Shown piece after piece: positions 36,431-49,164 of a stretch of DNA of 64,000 nucleotides. How positions within the stretch are numbered: the stretch's first letter is position 1; each line of letters opens with the position of its first letter. The position numbers and the translations under genes were made by a program. The notes under the pieces were generated by a model, which was not told where the DNA came from, did not search any database, and saw only the letters and a list, made by a program, of their open reading frames with translations. This DNA is from Hypanus sabinus (lineage: Eukaryota), in contig NC_082712.1 in the NCBI RefSeq assembly GCF_030144855.1, positions 65,286,001 through 65,350,000 of the forward strand. The letters run 5' to 3'.

Positions 36431-39400
36431 AGTGGGGTAATGTAATGGGTGGAAACATCCATAATTCACAACCAGTGACATTGAGTTGGTGTTCACTTTA
36501 AATTGCTGGTCTGACATGATGATGTACTTACGTGAATTTCAGTTACCGTGCTCTGTGTTCAGTGTTTGGAGTACAATAAATGAGTGGTTAAGGATTTTCT
36601 TAAGTATCAGATGCCTCATGTTGTTTTATTTGTGAAAACCTACATTGGTGACCCCAATGCTCTAGGATGATTTCAGAGTTATTGAATATGTCGATCAATG
36701 CAGTCACTTTGAAACTGTTGGAGTTTTGGGAGCAAAATGCTGTTGCTAGGTTTTTACAAGCCGAGGCCCAATTCGTGCTGGAAGGAATCTCTGCCGACAA
36801 CAACAAATATTTCAATGTGGTACCATCGTTCACCAACTCCACAACAGTGGGAGCAGTGAGTCCACTTGAACACAATAGATAGTGATTGCTGAAAACCTAC
36901 CTTTACAGAATTTTGGATGACTGGAATTTGACTGTGCAAAACAGTTGTTCTCCTTGCCCAGCCTCGTCAATGCTAAGCTGTTGGAGCTAATGGACCGGGT
37001 GCTGTCTCTCCTAGGAAATTATCATCCTTGTTTTATTTCTAATGAACTTTTCACGCAGCAAGTGCCTGATCAAATTTGCATATCCCTCGCTAATTCACCC
37101 ATGCAGGACTGTCGGGTGCTTCCTAAAAGGACATTCAGCCAGGCAGAGGTACATAATTCCTCCTTTCCCTACCTCAATCAGCCCGGTCAGCAAAGCCTTC
37201 AAGCAGACAATACCGGCTCTGTGTTTTTACCATCCTCGCTTTGGTACGAGTGCCAGGAAGTGACCGCCACCTTGCAGCTTCAACACTGCCTGCGTACTGG
37301 ACATCAGACACCTGTGAACATCGTGGATTCCAGCTGCCATCTACTGTTTATTATGGACACCCTTTCAGGATGACACTTCCTGAGTGACACGACTGCTCAG
37401 TTGAGTGTGTTGCTGGCATCGCCTAGTAATGAGAAGGCACAGAACAATGAAACCTTGCTGGAGGCCACTAATGGCAGCAGGATCCAGACATGGGACACGA
37501 CAGGTGACACTCTGCTGCAGTGGGCGACGTTTCACGTGGGACTTTGTCCTGGTTGAAGTGGCTAGACCTCTGCTTGGTGCAGATTTCCTGTGCGCCCAAG
37601 CACTGTTAGTGAATGTCAAGGACTTTGGGTTGTTACCCTGGTCCCCCAGTAAGTTCCCCACAATGACTCTGTCAAGCGCATGCACCACTACATGTGAGTT
37701 TACTTGACTGCTGGGTGAATTCCCAAACCTCACCAAGCCCACATTCTCCACAACAGCCACAAATGATGGAGTCGAGCACCACATTTCTATTACCAGTCCA
37801 TGCCCGTGCATGTAGAATAGACCCAGACAAGCTGGCAACTGTGAAGGCTGAGTTTTCCAACATGGAAAGACTCACAGTTGTACACCGGTCAAATAGCCCC
37901 TGGGCTTCACCCCTCCATTATGGTCCCTAGGTCCGGTGGTGGTTGCTGCTCATATGACGATTACTAATACCTTAATGAGGTCACCACCTTTAATCGCCAT
38001 CCGATCCCACACATCCAGGATTTTTCAGCACATTTAGCCGGAAAGTTAATATTTTTCCTAAAGTTGACTTAGTTAAGGGCTACCATCAGATGTTTTTGTG
38101 CTTGAAAGACATTCCCAAAACAGCTGTGGTAACCCCATTTGGACTTTTTGAGTACCTAAGCATGCTATTCTGGCTGAAAACTGCAGGAGAGACTTTCCAA
38201 CGGCTGATAGACTCTGTATTAAAAGACTTAGACATTCTTTTTGTTTACATGGATGACATACTTGTCATCAGTGCATCCGAATCTGAACACGTTATCTCCT
38301 CTCCACACACTTTTTAAGCACTTAAGTCAACACGGGGTTGTTTATTAACCCTGCTAAATGGCAGTTTGGGTTGTCAACATTGACTTTCTTGGCCATCACA
38401 TCTCCACAGAAGGTACGAAACCCCTCCTATCAAAAGTAGCCATTATTATGGATTTCCCACCGCCCACACTACTAAAAAACTGCAGGAATTTTGAGGTATG
38501 GTGCATTTCTATCACCCCATCATTCTGCGCATTGCTGAACTTACGTTTTCTCTGTGTAGTCTGCTTAGAGGCAATATCCCTAATCACACACTTAGCTGGT
38601 CAAGGGACCTGACCAGTGCATTTCATGACACAAACAAGCTCTTTCTAACGTGACCCTACTGGCACACCTGCCGCCCAATGCACCTATAGTAATTACCACT
38701 GATGCTTCAGACTCTGCTGTGCGTGAACAGTTGGTCGGAGGCGTGTGGGAGCCACTCACATTCTTCAGTCAGCAGCTCTGTCCCGCCCCCGCCCCCCCAA
38801 AGGAAGTACAGCACGTTTGACTGTGAGTCTCTCAGTCTCTGTCTGGCTGTCCACCATTTTCATTTTCTTCTAGAGGGTCACCATTTCACAGCGTTTATTG
38901 ACCACAGTCCTCTCGTGCACACAGTGGCCAAAATATCAGACCCTTGGCCTGCATGGCAACAACACCATTTGGCCTACATATCAGTGTTTACAACTAATAT
39001 ACAACATACCAAGGGGAAAAATAAGGCTGAATGCCTCTCACGGTCAGGCTGAGGCTATACAGAGAGGGATTGACTATGTCGGTTTGGGAACAACCAAGTT
39101 ACTGACATAGAGGCCAGGCTTACCGGACAGCAGTTACGGGCCTGTGGTTGGCTGACATTAATTTCGGGGAAGCTGGGGTTTCTCTCCTGTGCGATGTCTC
39201 AACTGGTCACCCTTGCCCACCAGTGCCTGCGAACGGATGACGGACTGTTTTTGTCTCCATATCTGGCCTCTTGCATCCAGGCTGGAAGGGCTCACAGAAA
39301 CTGGTTGCACTAAAGTTTGCATGGCACAGCCATAGAAAAGATGTGCATGATTGGACTGCAGCCTGTGTGGAGTGGCAGCGGGCAAAAATTAGCTGTTCAG

Positions 39401-40558
39401 GTGCCACTGGCACCTTTTGAGGTCTCTGAGAGACGGTTTGACCATGTCAATCCTCTTACCCCCCCTTACACACCTCCTTAACATGGTGGACCGTAGCACC
39501 AGGTGGCCAGAGGTTAGTCATCTAGCATCAACAATGGCTGCAGACGTGGCTCTGGCGTTCATCAGTACCTGGATTGCTCGGTTTAACATTCCATCCAATA
39601 TTTCCTCTGATAGCGGTCCCCAATGCATATCAGACATCTGGCCCACAACCTTGGTGTTAGGGTACATCACACCATGGCTTATCACCCTCAATCCAATGGC
39701 CTATGCAAGCAGTTTCACTGCTCCGGAAAGGCTACTCTGAGGGCATCCCTGATGGAAAAGTGTTGGCATGATCATCTCCTGTGGGTCCTGCTGGGGCTCA
39801 GAACAGCTCCAAAAGAGGATCTGCAGTCATCCATGGCTGAGTTGATATAGGGCAACCATTGGGAGTGCCAGGTGATTTTACTCCCGATGCTGTGACTGTC
39901 TGGTTAGCCTCTCAACAGCATTCTTCCATCTTCAATAAATTCAATTCCTTTGAACCTATTCCTGCCTCCCATAATGGCATATAACACTCTTGGCTTCCAT
40001 TTGACCTGCATTCCGCCGTGTTTGCTTTTCCCCACCATGAGCAACCAACATCCTCTAAAGCCCCCTTACGATGGCCCATTCTGCATTTGGGAACTGTGAG
40101 GAAAGACTTTTATCATAGATAAGAATGGTAAAACTGAATATTTTTAGGTAGAATCACCTTAAACCATTCCACCAAGATTCCAAGGATTCTGCTACAATGC
40201 CCCTGGTATCACAACATGCCCATGAGTGTGTCACCCACACCTCTGAATGAGCCGGAGACACCTTCTGCTTCTCCACCCATGGAACATAGGATTCGAGCCA
40301 GGTGGCTTAGCCAAGGTCCTGACAGGCTTACGGTGCCGATTTTAGTGAATTCTGGGGCGCCTGTGTAGGGTGATGTAATTGGGGAAAACGTACGTAATTC
40401 ACAACCGCCGACATTGAGCTGGGGTTCACTTTAAGATGCCGGTCTGACGTGATGATGTAATTACGTGAAGTTTCCCATTACTGTGCTCACAATAAGTGTT
40501 GTTATGGTTTTTCTTAAACATAAAATGCCTCACATTGTTTTGTTTGTGAAGACATACA
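36431..40558 (+). mobile_element. Full-length decayed Ty3/Gypsy LTR retrotransposon, CsRn1 clade
   Basis: 5' LTR 36431-36644 and 3' LTR 40364-40558. PBS tggtgacccc at 36646 (tRNA-Trp type). Gag NAVTLKLLEFW...QAEAQF; CHCC knuckle CFYHPRFGTSARK*PPPC; protease region PLLGADFL; RT KTAVVTPFGLFEY and YMDD; RNase H RKYSTFDCE; integrase VDRSTRWPE and AYHPQSNGL. Imperfect 4-bp TSD acac/acag. Confidence 0.93.
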
Positions 40559-41649
40559 ACAGTATCATCTCTTATTGCTTTTCCTTTTGTAATTCCTCTA
40601 TTTACTTATGTTTGGAATGATCTGTATGGATGGAATTTTAAAAAAAGAAGCTTTTCATTGTATATCAGTACATGTGACAATAATAAACAATTACTAATTT
40701 TGATCCCGGCACTACACAGCCTCTCCTAGATTTCCCGGTCTCAGCTCTTTCAGTTCCATCTGAGAGAATGGCCAGGGATTCAGCTAAATGCTTCATCTGA
40801 AACATACTCCCCATATACGCTGACAGGAGTGTCAGTAAGTGTCCTAAGCCTGGGCCTCAGGGTGAGGATCTTTCTATCATCATGACTCCATGTGGGAGGG
40901 TGCTATTACTGCGGTGTGGCTCTCACAAACATCAGGACAGCCACTGAAGTACTTTGTAATTTAAGACGGCACTGTCCCGAGTGAACTTAAAGGTTAATTG
41001 AACAGTAGCATTACTACTTCTGAAAGTCGGTTAGGTAAGAATGTATGTGATCGTCGTGAAATGCTGCCTTTTAGTTTAGCATGACATCTGTGTTTCTTGG
41101 GAGATCACAATTAGTCTAGTATGATCATTGTTCCATTCCTAGACAAGCAGTTGCCTCACTGTTGCTTGGTGATGAACACGCTTGCTAGAACAGCCATGGG
41201 TGAGCGATGAAGCTCCAACTCAGATTCTGTACTTCTCAAAGAGGGTTGTACCTTTCACCACAGGGGTGTGGTCCTGATAAATGATTACGTTTGTGCTTTT
41301 GATCATCTTCGAATTCCTCCAGCCCTAAGCACTTTCCTAACATCCAGTCAGTCTTCCAACATATTCCCAATGCAATCTGAACGGTACAACAATGGGCAAT
41401 ATTCATTCATTGCCCTCATTCTAGTACAACTTCTCCAGTCTCTCGGATGGGAACATTATCACCATGTTTGATACCAGGACACTAAAGTGGGCAAACTAAG
41501 GGAGGAGAGGAGCATGTAGGGAAGTAGGTGCCACCCACACCGGCACGAAAAAGAGAAACAAAACTCGCAGAACCTAAATCCACACCCCGGTGAAAAAAAA
41601 ATCAGCGGCAATAGCATGAGATCTTACCCTCCCCCGCAAAAAAAAAAAC

Positions 41650-43030
41650 AGCGACAGTAACAATCCCTGAAACCCTCAGCCACAGAAACAAAACAGGGGC
41701 AACTATCCCCGACCCCCTCACTTGTAGAAGAAAACAGCGACAATAACAACCCCAACCCCCTCACTCGTAGAAGAATACAGTGAGAATAACAATCCTCGAC
41801 CCCCTCACTTGTAGAAGAATACAGTGACAATAACAATCCCTGACCCCCTCCCTTGTAGAAGAATACAGTGACAATAACAATCCCTGACCCCCTCACTCGT
41901 AGAAGAATACAGCGACAATAACAATCCCCGACCCCCTCACTCGTAGAAGAATACAGTGACAATAACAAACTCTGACCCCCTCACTCGTAGAAGAATACAG
42001 TGACAATAACAATCCCTGACCCCCTCACTCGTAGAAGAAAACAGCGACAATAACAACCCCGACCCCCTCACTCGTAGAAGAAAACAGCGACAATAACAAA
42101 CTCTGAACCCCTCACTCGTAGAAGAATACAGTGACAATAACAATCCCTGACCCCCTCACTCATAGAAGAATACAGTGACAATAACAATCCCGACCCCCTC
42201 ACTCGTAGAAAAATACAGTGACAATAACAACCCCGACCCCCTCACTCGTAGAATACAGTGACAATAACAATCTCTGACCCCCTCACTCGTAGAAGAATAC
42301 AGCGACAATAACAACCCCCGACCCCCTCACTCGTAGAATACAGTGACAATAACAATCTCTGACCCCCTCACTCGTAGAAGAATACAGCGACAATAACAAC
42401 CCCCGACTCCCTCACTCGTAGAAGAAAACAGCGACAATAACAACCCCCGACCCCCTCACTCGTAGAAGAAAACAGCGACAATAACAATCCCCGACCCCCT
42501 CACTCGTAGAAGAATACAGTGACAATAACAATCCCCGACCCCCTCACTCGTAGAAGAATACAGTGACAATAACAATCCCCGACCCCCTCACTCGTAGAAG
42601 AATACAGTGAGAATAACAATCCCTGACCCCCTCACTCGTAGAAAAATACAGTGACAATAACAATCCCCGACCCCCTCCCTTGTAGAAGAATACAGTGACA
42701 ATAACAATCTCTGACCCCCTCACTCGTAGAAGAAAACAGCGACAATAACAACCCCGACCCCCCTCACTCGTAGAATACAGTGACAATAACAACCCCGACC
42801 CCCTCACTCGTAGAATACAGTGACAATAACAATCTCTGACCCCCTCACTCGTAGAAGAAAACAGCGACAATAACAACCCCCGACCCCCTCACTTGTAGAA
42901 GAATACAGTGACAATATCAATCCTCGACCCCCTCACTCGTAGAAGAATACAGTGAGAATAACAACCCCCGACCCCCTCACTCGTAGAAGAAAACAGCGAC
43001 AATAACAACCCCGACCCCCTCACTCACAGA
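41650..43030 (+). repeat. Minisatellite, ~40-44-bp unit, about 31 copies
   Basis: Consensus gaccccctcactcgtagaagaatacagtgacaataacaatccct. Confidence 0.97.
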
Positions 43031-45614
43031 AAAAAGTGATGGCTGCATCAAAACTCACATCTCCTTCCTTACATAGAGAACTTTACAGACTACCCGCCCT
43101 CCCGCCAATTGGTCACAAGAAACAAAAAAAGCCGGAAAACAGAAGGAAACCAAAATAAAGTACAGTCCAAAGATCACATCAATCTCAGAATATCAGAAAC
43201 ATCTTTTCATCTGCGTACGAGGAGAGCGGCTGCACAAGCTCAGTCCTTCCGTAAGTGTGACAGCCGACCAGCCCATAGGTTCTCAATAGAGCATTCACCC
43301 CAATTCCTCTGGCCTTCCCATTTTGCTGCAACCTTACAACTTATTCTTCCTTGCCAGCCCATGTCAGAGCTCATTGGCACAAACCTGAAGTCACTTACAG
43401 TCAAGATTAGGTGTGAGCGGCAGGTTCACTCACTTGAAGAACATTAGTGAACTAGAGAGACTTCCACAACAATCATTTCTTTTTCAGGGATATTAGTTCC
43501 GTGAATTTAAATTCTCTGGCTGCTATGCTTGGATTGAAACTTGTGAGTGCAGATCAGGATTCTAGGCCCCCGGATATGAAAAATGTAACAACAGCAATAG
43601 AGTCACTGTACTCCAAGCTTCAGTGATGGCAAACTGTTGTGAATTTATCTATGCTGTTTATGAATGTACCTCCCGGAGATGCTCCATTTGTCTCAGTCTA
43701 TTTACCAACTTAAGCACAGCAAAGACTTCAATTTGCAGGTGTTTATATTGACTTCTGGTCAGAGTAACCTTAGGCATGTTCTGTGAAAGGTATTGATTAA
43801 TCCCCAGAATATAGATATTTTGAATGGTGATTTAAATAGATGTTTTTCTCAGTTTCACAAATCTCTATTTCAACAATATGGAGTACATGATTTCTGTAAC
43901 TTCTCTATGGACTTGGAGGCGATTTGATGAGGCAGAACCGAGGCAAGGCGAGGTGGTGGTCCCATCGCCAAAGAGAGGAAAGAACTGAAGTTCTAACAAT
44001 TTAAGCAATGGGCTGAATTGGAAAGGTTGGGTACAGACTGAATGGCGGTGGTGGGGACCAGGCCCCAGAGGGTATTGAAATGACAGAACCCAATGTTTTG
44101 TCAACAATTTTAGTGCCAGGCTGAATTGGAAATGTTTGGTATCGGCTGAATTGAGGCAGTGGGATCCAGGCTCCAGAGCGTTTCAGAGTGATAGAACACA
44201 GTGTTTGGATGATGATTTACTGTGCTTAACTGTACCCTGGTTTGAAGAAACATTTTACCATTTCTATATATATTATATAGTTATATACATTAAATATATG
44301 GTTAAACAACAATAAACTTGACTTGATTTAAGTACTGGGCCAAACTGAAACAGTTAGGGTGTAAGGGCCTGGGGTGAGGGATTGGCCAGTTTAGCTTGCA
44401 GCTCCATGACATTTACTTGGTTCTATGCTGAACTGAATGGTATCTCTTTTATGGACTTCACTTCTGAACACTATTTGCTTGTTTTATTGTTTGCAAAATT
44501 TGTTTTTTACTTCTTTGTGTATGACAGTTTTTAAAAATGGATTCTTTTGCATTTCTTTGCTGTGTGGCTGCCTGTAAGGGGACAAACCTCAATGTTGTAT
44601 AATGTATACATACTATGATAATAAATGTACTTTGAACTTTGGGTGATAGATTGCACATATATTGCCTGGGCAGAGTTATAGAGGGGGTAGATGATAAAGG
44701 GGAAGTGAACATGATTTAGGTCCAACACATATCAAGGTGGCTCCCTTTGTAAAGATTACATGTGGCTTGTAAGGAAAGGAGCAAAGCCTTATTTGTTTTT
44801 TGCATTTGCCCTTAAACTTGTCTTTTTAGTCAAGGTCATCTTTTCTGTTCTTTAATGCAAAATGCTACTGGCTCTCAACAGGTTACTTCTGTAGATCTTT
44901 GACATTTGTTTAACTTTTACATCTAAGCCACATCTTTTTGGCAACTATGCAGTTTCAATGTCACCTGTTTTGGGAGGTTACCTTCATGCTGTTGGTTATA
45001 TTTTGTGCTCCATGTTCTGCAAACTTATTGGACTGTCCTCTTACAAAGCTGAGGAGTTTCCTCCCTGTACTTATCCACTTTTACATCTCTGTTTGCTCCT
45101 TTTTATATTTTCCTGTAAATCTGCATCTTGTAGTAACACTGTGTCCATTTCTCGTGCTCCTGTGCATTGTAGCAATGTGATAGTTTAAACTTTTCACTTT
45201 TTTTTATATAGAAGTTGGACTTTATAATTTACGAGGCAAATAACATTCTTGAAGTAGTGAACTTCGTTTTAGTGTATGGTACACTCCCACAAATACTACC
45301 AATATTCCCACACTGGAACAGATCACTGAAATCATTATCATACCCCAACTTAGTTGCTGGGCAAGATTATTCCTCAACTTCTCTCTCTGAGCCAAGCATA
45401 CTTCCTTGATTTCAAATGGCTGGATCACTTAAACTGACTTTTTTTTCCCATACTTAGAAGGCTTCTCCTCTAACTGCAGTTTGATTGACAAAATTGGCCT
45501 CTCCTTCAATCATAATTCAACTAACAATATTGATGACTCCTCCGACTAGCTATCTCAACCCCTCTCCAATTGCTGCTCACTAGGCCAGCTCATTTTTCCT
45601 GAATGTATTTTGAC

Positions 45615-45730
45615 TGATTAGATCACTTCCTCTGATTGTAGCTCAGTTGACTAAATCACTTCATTTGACTGCGACTTGACTGACTGTGTCACCTTCTCTG
45701 ACTGTAGTTCACATGACCAGACTGACCCTT
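45615..45730 (+). repeat. Degenerate 33-bp tandem repeat
   Basis: Units start at 45615, 45648, 45681 and 45714 (tgaYtRRRtcacYtYMtYtgaYtgY...). Confidence 0.6.
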
Positions 45731-45784
45731 TCTTTTATCACGAGTCCTATACTTTATCATCATTGTTCAGTGGTTTAAATGAGT

Positions 45785-45943
45785 ACACACGAGGAAATCT
45801 GCAGATGCTGGAAATTCAAGCAACACACACAAAATGCTGGTGGAACGCAGCAGGCCAGGCAGCATCTATAGGAAAAAGTACGTTTGACGTTTTGGGCCGA
45901 GATCCTTCATCCCGGCCTGCTGCGTCCCACCAGCATTTTGTTG
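45785..45943. mobile_element. Penelope-derived hairpin mini-element with ~15-bp TSD
   Basis: 27-bp inverted arms at 45830-45856 and 45914-45940 (1 mismatch); flanks gtggtttaaatgagt and gtggttaaaatgtgt. Confidence 0.8.
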
Positions 45944-46540
45944 GTGGTTAAAATGTGTGATTGGTGGTTGACAGGCTTCTTCTCCTTGCTGACTGGCCAC
46001 AGGTACGTTTCATCGTTATTAACCTGCCATATTGTCCAGGGCTGCTCGGCTGCAATGTGAACTGTAAGAACACTGGAAAAAATTAGCAGCATTTGTGGAA
46101 AGGGGAAAAAAGTTCATATTTCAGATTATTTCTTTTGTCTTGGTACCCTTTGACCTGATTTTCCCTCCACAGATCCTACATGATGTGCTATTTTTCCAGC
46201 ATTTTCTTTTCCATTTCCAGCTTCAAATTAAAAAAAAATACTATCTTGGGTATGTTGGCCATGGCAGCTTTGATCAGTCTACTGTTTCCTCATGAATTGG
46301 AAATTGTTTAAATATAGTACAGAACAGTCCAGTAGTTCTCTGCAGACATGTTTTGCTTTGGTAATCACATCTCTCCCCCCCCCCCCCCCCACCCTTCACT
46401 GAACCATTGAAAGTCAGGAGAAGTCACTATCTCTCTTCATAGAACAAAGGCAATAAGCACTTTTGCTATACACATATTAATGCATTCTTTTGGCATAATA
46501 TCTTGGTCCCAAACCAATCTGGAAAATTACACACACAAAC

Positions 46541-46635
46541 ACTCTCTCTCTCTCTCCCCCCTCTCTCTCCCCCTCCTCTCTCTCCCTCTCTCCCTCTCCC
46601 TCTCTCTCTCTCTCCCTCTCCCTCTCCCTCTCCCC
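46541..46635. repeat. (CT)n/(CTCC)n microsatellite; poly-C at 46375-46390 nearby
   Basis: Direct observation. Confidence 0.95.
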
Positions 46636-47369
46636 TATAGTTACTAGGCTACTTGGACAACACATTCCAAACATGCAACTTCTATCCACAAAAAGGACAA
46701 GGCAGCAGAATCATTGAAACACCACTACCCGCAGGTTCCCCTCCAAGTCTCACACCATCCGACTTGGCAATCAATAGGTATTCCTCCAATGCCACTGGGA
46801 ACTCGTAATCTAATGCCACTGTTGGAACAAAGCCAGTCGTTCGTGTAGTAGCATCCACACTGGACTTCAAGGCTAGACGTCTTGAGTTTGAATCCAGCCA
46901 CCTCCTTTCATGCTTTCTACCTGTGCTGGGTGAGTGTCAAGCTAGCAATCTGGCCTCATAAAAGGAAAATAAAGAAATGACAAGGAATGCTGCTCATTGT
47001 GCCACAAAGCATGGAAAGGAACAACAACTGTTGGAGCAACTTCACCAGAAGGAATATCATGGGCCATGATGGTGGCAAACCATCACTGGCTGAAGGGAAT
47101 TGGGGATGGGTAATCAATGCTGGTCTTGCCAGCATTGCTCAAATCCCAGAAATGAATCCGTGTTAGAAAAGACAGGGCGTAACTGATGCAGAATGTTGGA
47201 TTATGCTCTTTTCTTCCTGGCTCCAGCTGTTAGGTATCTGCCTTGGGTTTAACACTACTGGATCTCCTATTGGCTTTTGGATGGGATCTGGGGTCCATTT
47301 TAAACGTCAACACTTCCTCCACATTATCCACCTGTGTAAGACCTAACAGGTCTACCAGCTTATGCTATC

Positions 47370-47770
47370 CCTGAGGGGGAGGGGGATTTCATTGAAACCT
47401 ATCCAATATTGAGAGGCCTAGAAAGAGTGGATGTGGAGAGGATGTTTGTGGGGAGTCTAGGAGCAGAGGGGACAGCTTTAGAATAGAGGAACATCCACTT
47501 AGAACAGAGATTAGAAGAAATTTCTTTAACTAGAGGATGGTGAATCTGTGGAATTCATTGCATAGATGGCTGTGGAAGCCAAGTCATTGAGTATATTTAA
47601 AGCAGAGGTTGATTGGTTCTTGATTAGTCAGGGTGTCAAAGGTCATGGGGAGAAAGTAGGAGAATGGGGTTGAGAGGGATAATAAATAAGCCATGATGGA
47701 ATGGCGGGGCAGACTCAATGGGCCGAGCGGCCTAACTCTGTTCCTATGTTTTATGGTCTTATTGTCTTAT
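47370..47770 (+). mobile_element. CR1 3' end fragment
   Basis: ggggatttcattgaaacctat...ggccgagcggcctaactctgttcctatgttttatggtctt. Confidence 0.85.
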
Positions 47771-49164
47771 TAACTGGCACTGCTTTTCCATTGTTATTAT
47801 GTTACATGGACTGGAGTGGGAAACTCTGATGTGAAAAATTTGCCATGGTTTATCAGTTTACTGTTTCTTTTGAGTTATAAATTGTCAAAAGAAAGAACAG
47901 AAGTCTGAAGTTCTGATTTCATAGTTTTCCATTGTCATGTAATCTCTTTGTTCAGATATTTTGGGATCAATAAGATAAGCTTAAGGAGGAGTGTTGTGAT
48001 GTTTTACTATGCTAATGGTTTATAAATGCAGCTGGTCAACATGACATCATTGATGAGGAAACTTAACCATGTTAACAACTGAAATTCAGTGATGTGTACC
48101 AGAGATGCATTAAAAGGTGTATTAATAAATTCAAAGCAAAAAATGTGGATTATGTTCAATGGTTTAGATGGAAAGAGTCAAGAAGAGGATTAAATAATGT
48201 CACAACCTCAATTTGGCTTTGTTGCACCACATGTCTGTGTCTGTGTATGCAACATTTCCAACATTATCTACCCCATCAGCTCATTATTATCCTATTTATT
48301 TTGATGCTAGTTCTTACTCTTGCAACCATTTCTTGCTTACTCAGTGTGACTCCAATAAAATCATGTTTGCTATCCCTTTCTCCGTACCAGTGCCTCTCTC
48401 TTTCTACCACACAGAATATGCCATTCTTGCCCTTTGTCTCTCATCTTTAGATTACTGAATGGGTGCATGAAATACTCCCAGCTTGCTTCTATCAAATTGC
48501 ATTGGCAAATCTGAGGCTTCAAACTTATGAGGACTGTTGAATTGACCTTGAGACTTTGAGAGCAGTATTGACATGGTATCTTGTTTCCTTTCCAAATATT
48601 ATGACAAACATCTTTTAAATAGATAAACATTTTAAAAATGTCATAACTGCCTCAACAATATCCTTAGGATCAATCAATAAACCAACCAATTGACTAGTAG
48701 TATAAGAGCTATTCATTGATCTGTGAAAAGGGATATGTACCTGGGAAATGCATTGCCAAAGGAAATATTGTAAATCGACAAAGCTGGGTAAAACATTTTG
48801 TTATTTTCATGCTGTGTAATCCCATGAGTAGAGTGTACCATTAATTACAATATTCATGAATCAATTACATGTACTGCAAAGACAAAGTAAATTGGATGGC
48901 TGTAAAGGAATGAATATCTATTTATAAAACATGTATTACTTTTTGTGAAGACAAACAAGGGTCGGACTTTCACAGTGAATGGTAGGGCTCTTGGATGTTT
49001 TGTGGAACAGAGTGCCCTATGAGTCCAAGTTCATGGCTCTCTGAAAGTGCTGTCACCAGTAAACAGAGTATTGAAGAAGGCTTTTGTCACACTGGCATTC
49101 ATCAGTCATGGTGCTAAATATAGAAGTTGGGAATGTAATGTTGCTGTTCAATAGGATATTGAAC

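Noticed and set aside
41650-43030. CRISPR-like array or repetitive protein ORFs (LLLSLYSSTSEG...)
   Set aside because: Head-to-tail tandem units with no unique spacers, eukaryotic context, and unit lengths that shift frame; the ORFs are by-products.
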